DNA from: Podarcis filfolensis
Lineage: Eukaryota
Strand: one strand, 5' to 3'
DNA length: 64,000 nt
NCBI GenBank assembly: GCA_964270895.1
Contig: OZ185436.1
The notes under the pieces were generated by a model, which was not told the DNA's origin, did no database searches, and saw nothing but the letters and a program-made list of their open reading frames with translations. Made by a program: the position numbers and the translations under genes. Positions 60,726-64,000 of this stretch are shown here, in pieces. How positions within the stretch are numbered: position 1 is the first letter of the stretch; every line of letters starts with the position of its first letter.

Positions 60726-60907
60726 ATCAGAATAATGTGTGTGTGTGGTTTTTTTAAGCGTTTAGTCAAACATTACTTATTTTACAATTTGCAAACTACT
60801 CATTCTACAGTACTTACAACATAGACCACATGAAAGCAATCATTTTTGCAGTGCCACATTTCCCAGTTAACACCAGCACAGTAACACAGCAATCTCACAC
60901 ATGTTTA

Positions 60908-61260
60908 GGTAAAGGGACGCCTGACCATTAGGTCCAGTCGCAGATGACTCTGGGATTGCGGCATTCATCTCACTTTACTGGCTGAGGGAGCCGGCGTACA
61001 GCTTCCGGATCATGTGGCCAGCATGACTAAGTCGCTTCTGGCAAACCAGAGCTGCGCATGGAAACACCATTTACCTTCCCGCCTGAGCAGGAAGTAGATC
61101 TATTTATCTACTTGCACTTTGACATGCTTTTGAACTGCTAGGTGGGCAGGAGCTGGGACCGAGCAACAGGAGCTCACCCCATCACAGGGATTCAAACTGC
61201 TGACCTTCTGATCGGCAAGTCCTAGGCTCTGGTTTAACCTACAGCACCGCCCACATCCCC
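60908..61260 (-). mobile_element. Sauria SINE, full length
   Basis: Reverse complement of the 33796-34143 family. Confidence 0.9.
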
Positions 61261-62974
61261 CCATGCATGTATACTTGAAAGTAAACCCTATTTTGTTCAA
61301 TGAGACTTGCTCCCAGGTAAGTGTCTAGGCTTGCAACCTAAATGAGTGGGTAATTCCCTTTGAAAGTTGAATATTGTTGCAGCTATTCTCCACAGCCCTG
61401 TTCACTCCACCAACCCCAAAGGTAAATTTTAATTCATTATCTCCTAGAGTTGGAAGAGCAGGCAGGGCTTTTTAAAAGAATACAAGCACTCCCGTAAGAC
61501 CGTAAGAAAACACTTGATCAAGCCTGATGTAATGGAGGGAGAACAAAGTATGAAAAAGTTAGGGCCCTTCCAGACAGTTGCGCTGTTGTTCAGGTGCCAG
61601 TATATACCCTTTACACAACAAGAGCACACCTTCATAACCTGCCACAAAGGAAGTACAATAGGTTCATTATGAAGAACAACACCGGCTAAATGGAGCAAAT
61701 GGCAACAAATCACCTGGACCTTCTGCAGTGAGAAAAGTGATGGAAAACTACAGGAATGATCTGGGTAACAACCACTTGATGGTAACATATAATGAAAATT
61801 GCGTGAAATCAAACCAGGAGACTACTGTATATTCTTTGTCTGGAATTGACTTTAGGCTGCCTTCTGGTTTCAGGAATTTTTGTGCCTTCCATTTCTGGTA
61901 GCTGAATTCTTTCTGCACTGCAGCCTTTTACCTCATTGGAGTTGCTTGACATGTTTGTTTTTGCTAAAGGAAAGTAAACTGTCATTAGAGCAAATCCCTG
62001 GACAATCAGAGTATCCCTTGCCATTAAAAAAAGGTTGTTTTCTGCCTTGTGTCAGATTCCTTTTGAGCATTTGTCACCTCCTTGGGGACCCATTTCCAGC
62101 CAGGGAAACCTCAAATGTTCTTTGGGGTTACTTCTCTTTTAATATAGCTTGCATTTGATAGCTAATGTGACATAGGAGGCTTTCCATCCTGGCATTCAAA
62201 GCTAAGGACTGAGGACCGGCTGCAAGTGCTCTATCTACTCCTTTTGTTCTTTAACTCTGGGGCATTAAGAACTGACTTCACATGCTTTTGTTCTACTCCC
62301 TCAGGCTGTTGGCCTCTTGGGTATTGGTTCATCCCTGAACAAGGGCAATTGCAGCAATAATTTGATAACATTTCATTGCAATCTCAGTGTCCTGGAAATG
62401 TTTTCTGTTGCCAGGAGCAATATCCTACCTCTGCATTGCCATTCTCTATTCCAAATACACTACAGTGCATAATATTTGTTGACCGGCATTGAACACTCAA
62501 CATAATGAAAGGCACCTTAGCAGTGGAAAGTGACTTCCTAAACGATTCTGTGTCGTTGAATGGGATTTTTAAAGAGTGATGGGCAAACTCAGTTTAAGAG
62601 CTGCTTCTTTCCTCAGCATGGAGTCCTCCAGATGCTTTGGGCTATGTCTCTCATCAACCCCAGATGGCTTAGAGCAGTCTATCTGCTCTAAGCCATCTAA
62701 TAAATGAGGAATTCCCATAAAATTTGGAACCAGCCATGACAGAGCTAGTTATCCCTCTGTTAGGAACTGATTTTATGCAAGCTCTTGACAGAAAATGGCT
62801 GCATTACAGAAGATGGGTGGGCCTTCTGCTTCTTTAAAAGCTTTGAAACAACAGTATAGTATCACTCTAATCATATTGCTATGGCCTTGGTGTTCCTAGG
62901 AGGCAGAGTTAGGGCTCATCCAAACTTTTGTGCCACATTTCTAGGCACAGGCCCACGCTTTAAAGCACCGTGTC

Positions 62975-63108
62975 CAGTGCTTTTTTCTAAAAAAATGTTT
63001 AGGGGTACTCTCATTTTCCTACTCGTATTGAAATACTGCCCCTCAATAAGGCCAAACTTAGATTCACAAAATGTTTAGGGGAACGCGTCCCCCCAGAAAA
63101 AAGCACTG
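62975..63108 (+). mobile_element. hAT MITE (CAGTGCTTTTTT TIR)
   Basis: TIRs plus 8-bp TSD ACCGTGTC / ACCTTGTC (7/8). Confidence 0.88.
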
Positions 63109-63494
63109 ACCTTGTCTGAGTGCTCCCCCTGCCCCATGTGCTTTCCCTGCCAAAAGTATAAAAAAAACCCCACTCTTTACTCTTGAACTGGAGCAAATGG
63201 TAATCCACAGAAAACCCAAATTGTCATTTGATCCAATTTGGCAGTAAAGAGTGAGTTTTCCTGGGATGAGTGGTAGACCAAAAATAACATAAGTGCTCAG
63301 ACATGAAGCTTTAAAGTGCAGACATGTGCCTAGAAAGCGTGAGGCAAAAGATAAGTATGGATTAGTGTCGCTGCCTTTTTCTGGTCAGGCTTCTATAACC
63401 TTAAATAGCTTTATGATAACCCAGAGGTTCAACAGATGAGGCTTCCAAAACTTAAAACTGTTGCAATTTCTGCTTTGCCATCTAAGGTGGGGGT

Positions 63495-63610
63495 GGGGCA
63501 GAACCTGTGGCTCTCCAGATGTTGGACTATGTTTTTTTGTCAGTCTCAGCCAATATGGCTAATGGTCAGGCATGATGGGAGTTGTAGTTCAGGAACAACT
63601 GGAGGGGCTG
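63495..63610. mobile_element. Small palindromic squamate MITE (hAT-like)
   Basis: gaacctgtggctctccagatgttggact...gatgggagttgtagttcaggaacaactggagggg. Confidence 0.6.
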
Positions 63611-64000
63611 CATTGGAGTTAAAATGTGCAGGAGCTATACCTATTGCATGTGCTCAGGACAACTGAGGAGAGAAAAGGAGACTGCAAAAAGGTATTGTCA
63701 AACCAAGTGGTTATGTATAAACACAGTCTTGTCATTAGAACACATGCTTCCTGAGGAAATTGGGTACCGTAGCATCATTGTAACACAGGGTTTGCTCCTG
63801 CCTTCAAGTCTAGAATATCAAATTCTATCAAAAAAAGAAAAAAAAACCACCAAGCTGATTAAAAATACATAATTTGCTTGATGATATCATATAAAAATAA
63901 TATAGGCCATCAAACAGGAAAAGGTTTCATGATGAGCAGGAGATTAGCTTAATGGCCTCAATTTATATGAAGTGGTGATTTACAGAGAAATGTGTGTATG

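Noticed and set aside
61448-61672. Acceptor-like ctcctag followed by ~74 stop-free codons (SWKSRQGFLKEYKHSRKTVRKHLIKPDV...)
   Set aside because: No recognisable homology, no strong donor and no partner exons; a TBLASTN or RNA-seq hit would revive it.
1-64000. CRISPR array, rRNA or tRNA genes, intact transposase or RT ORFs, novel gene cluster
   Set aside because: No regularly spaced repeats. tRNA-like sequence occurs only as SINE heads. All TE coding remnants are short and interrupted, and all convincing coding signal is explained by HNRNPA0 and KLHL3.

Overview
Vertebrate genomic DNA from a squamate reptile. Sauria SINEs, a BovB fragment and the MITE spectrum suggest a lacertid-like lizard (inference). 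There are two + strand genes in the same order as the human 5q31 block. The first is intronless HNRNPA0 (CDS 1397-2317, 306 aa) in a CpG island. The second is a complete 15-exon KLHL3 (ATG 14430, stop 51248; 1758 nt, 585 aa; all introns GT-AG) with a probable ~5.6 kb 3' UTR. The rest is intronic or intergenic DNA with CR1, L2, BovB and probable L1 fragments, tRNA-derived SINEs, Tc1/mariner, hAT and PIF/Harbinger-like MITEs, microsatellites and one 137-N assembly gap. I found no CRISPR array, rRNA or tRNA gene, and no evidence for a wholly new gene system. The best leads are: recursive-splice-like KLHL3 exon junctions; an L2 tail that appears to supply the last branch point; uORFs and a CAG/CTG hairpin in the KLHL3 leader; a long 3' UTR hairpin; an inverted bipartite BovB nested in a MITE; and a young polyadenylated insertion with a perfect 17-bp TSD. 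Repeat family names and human comparisons come from recalled sequences, not database searches.
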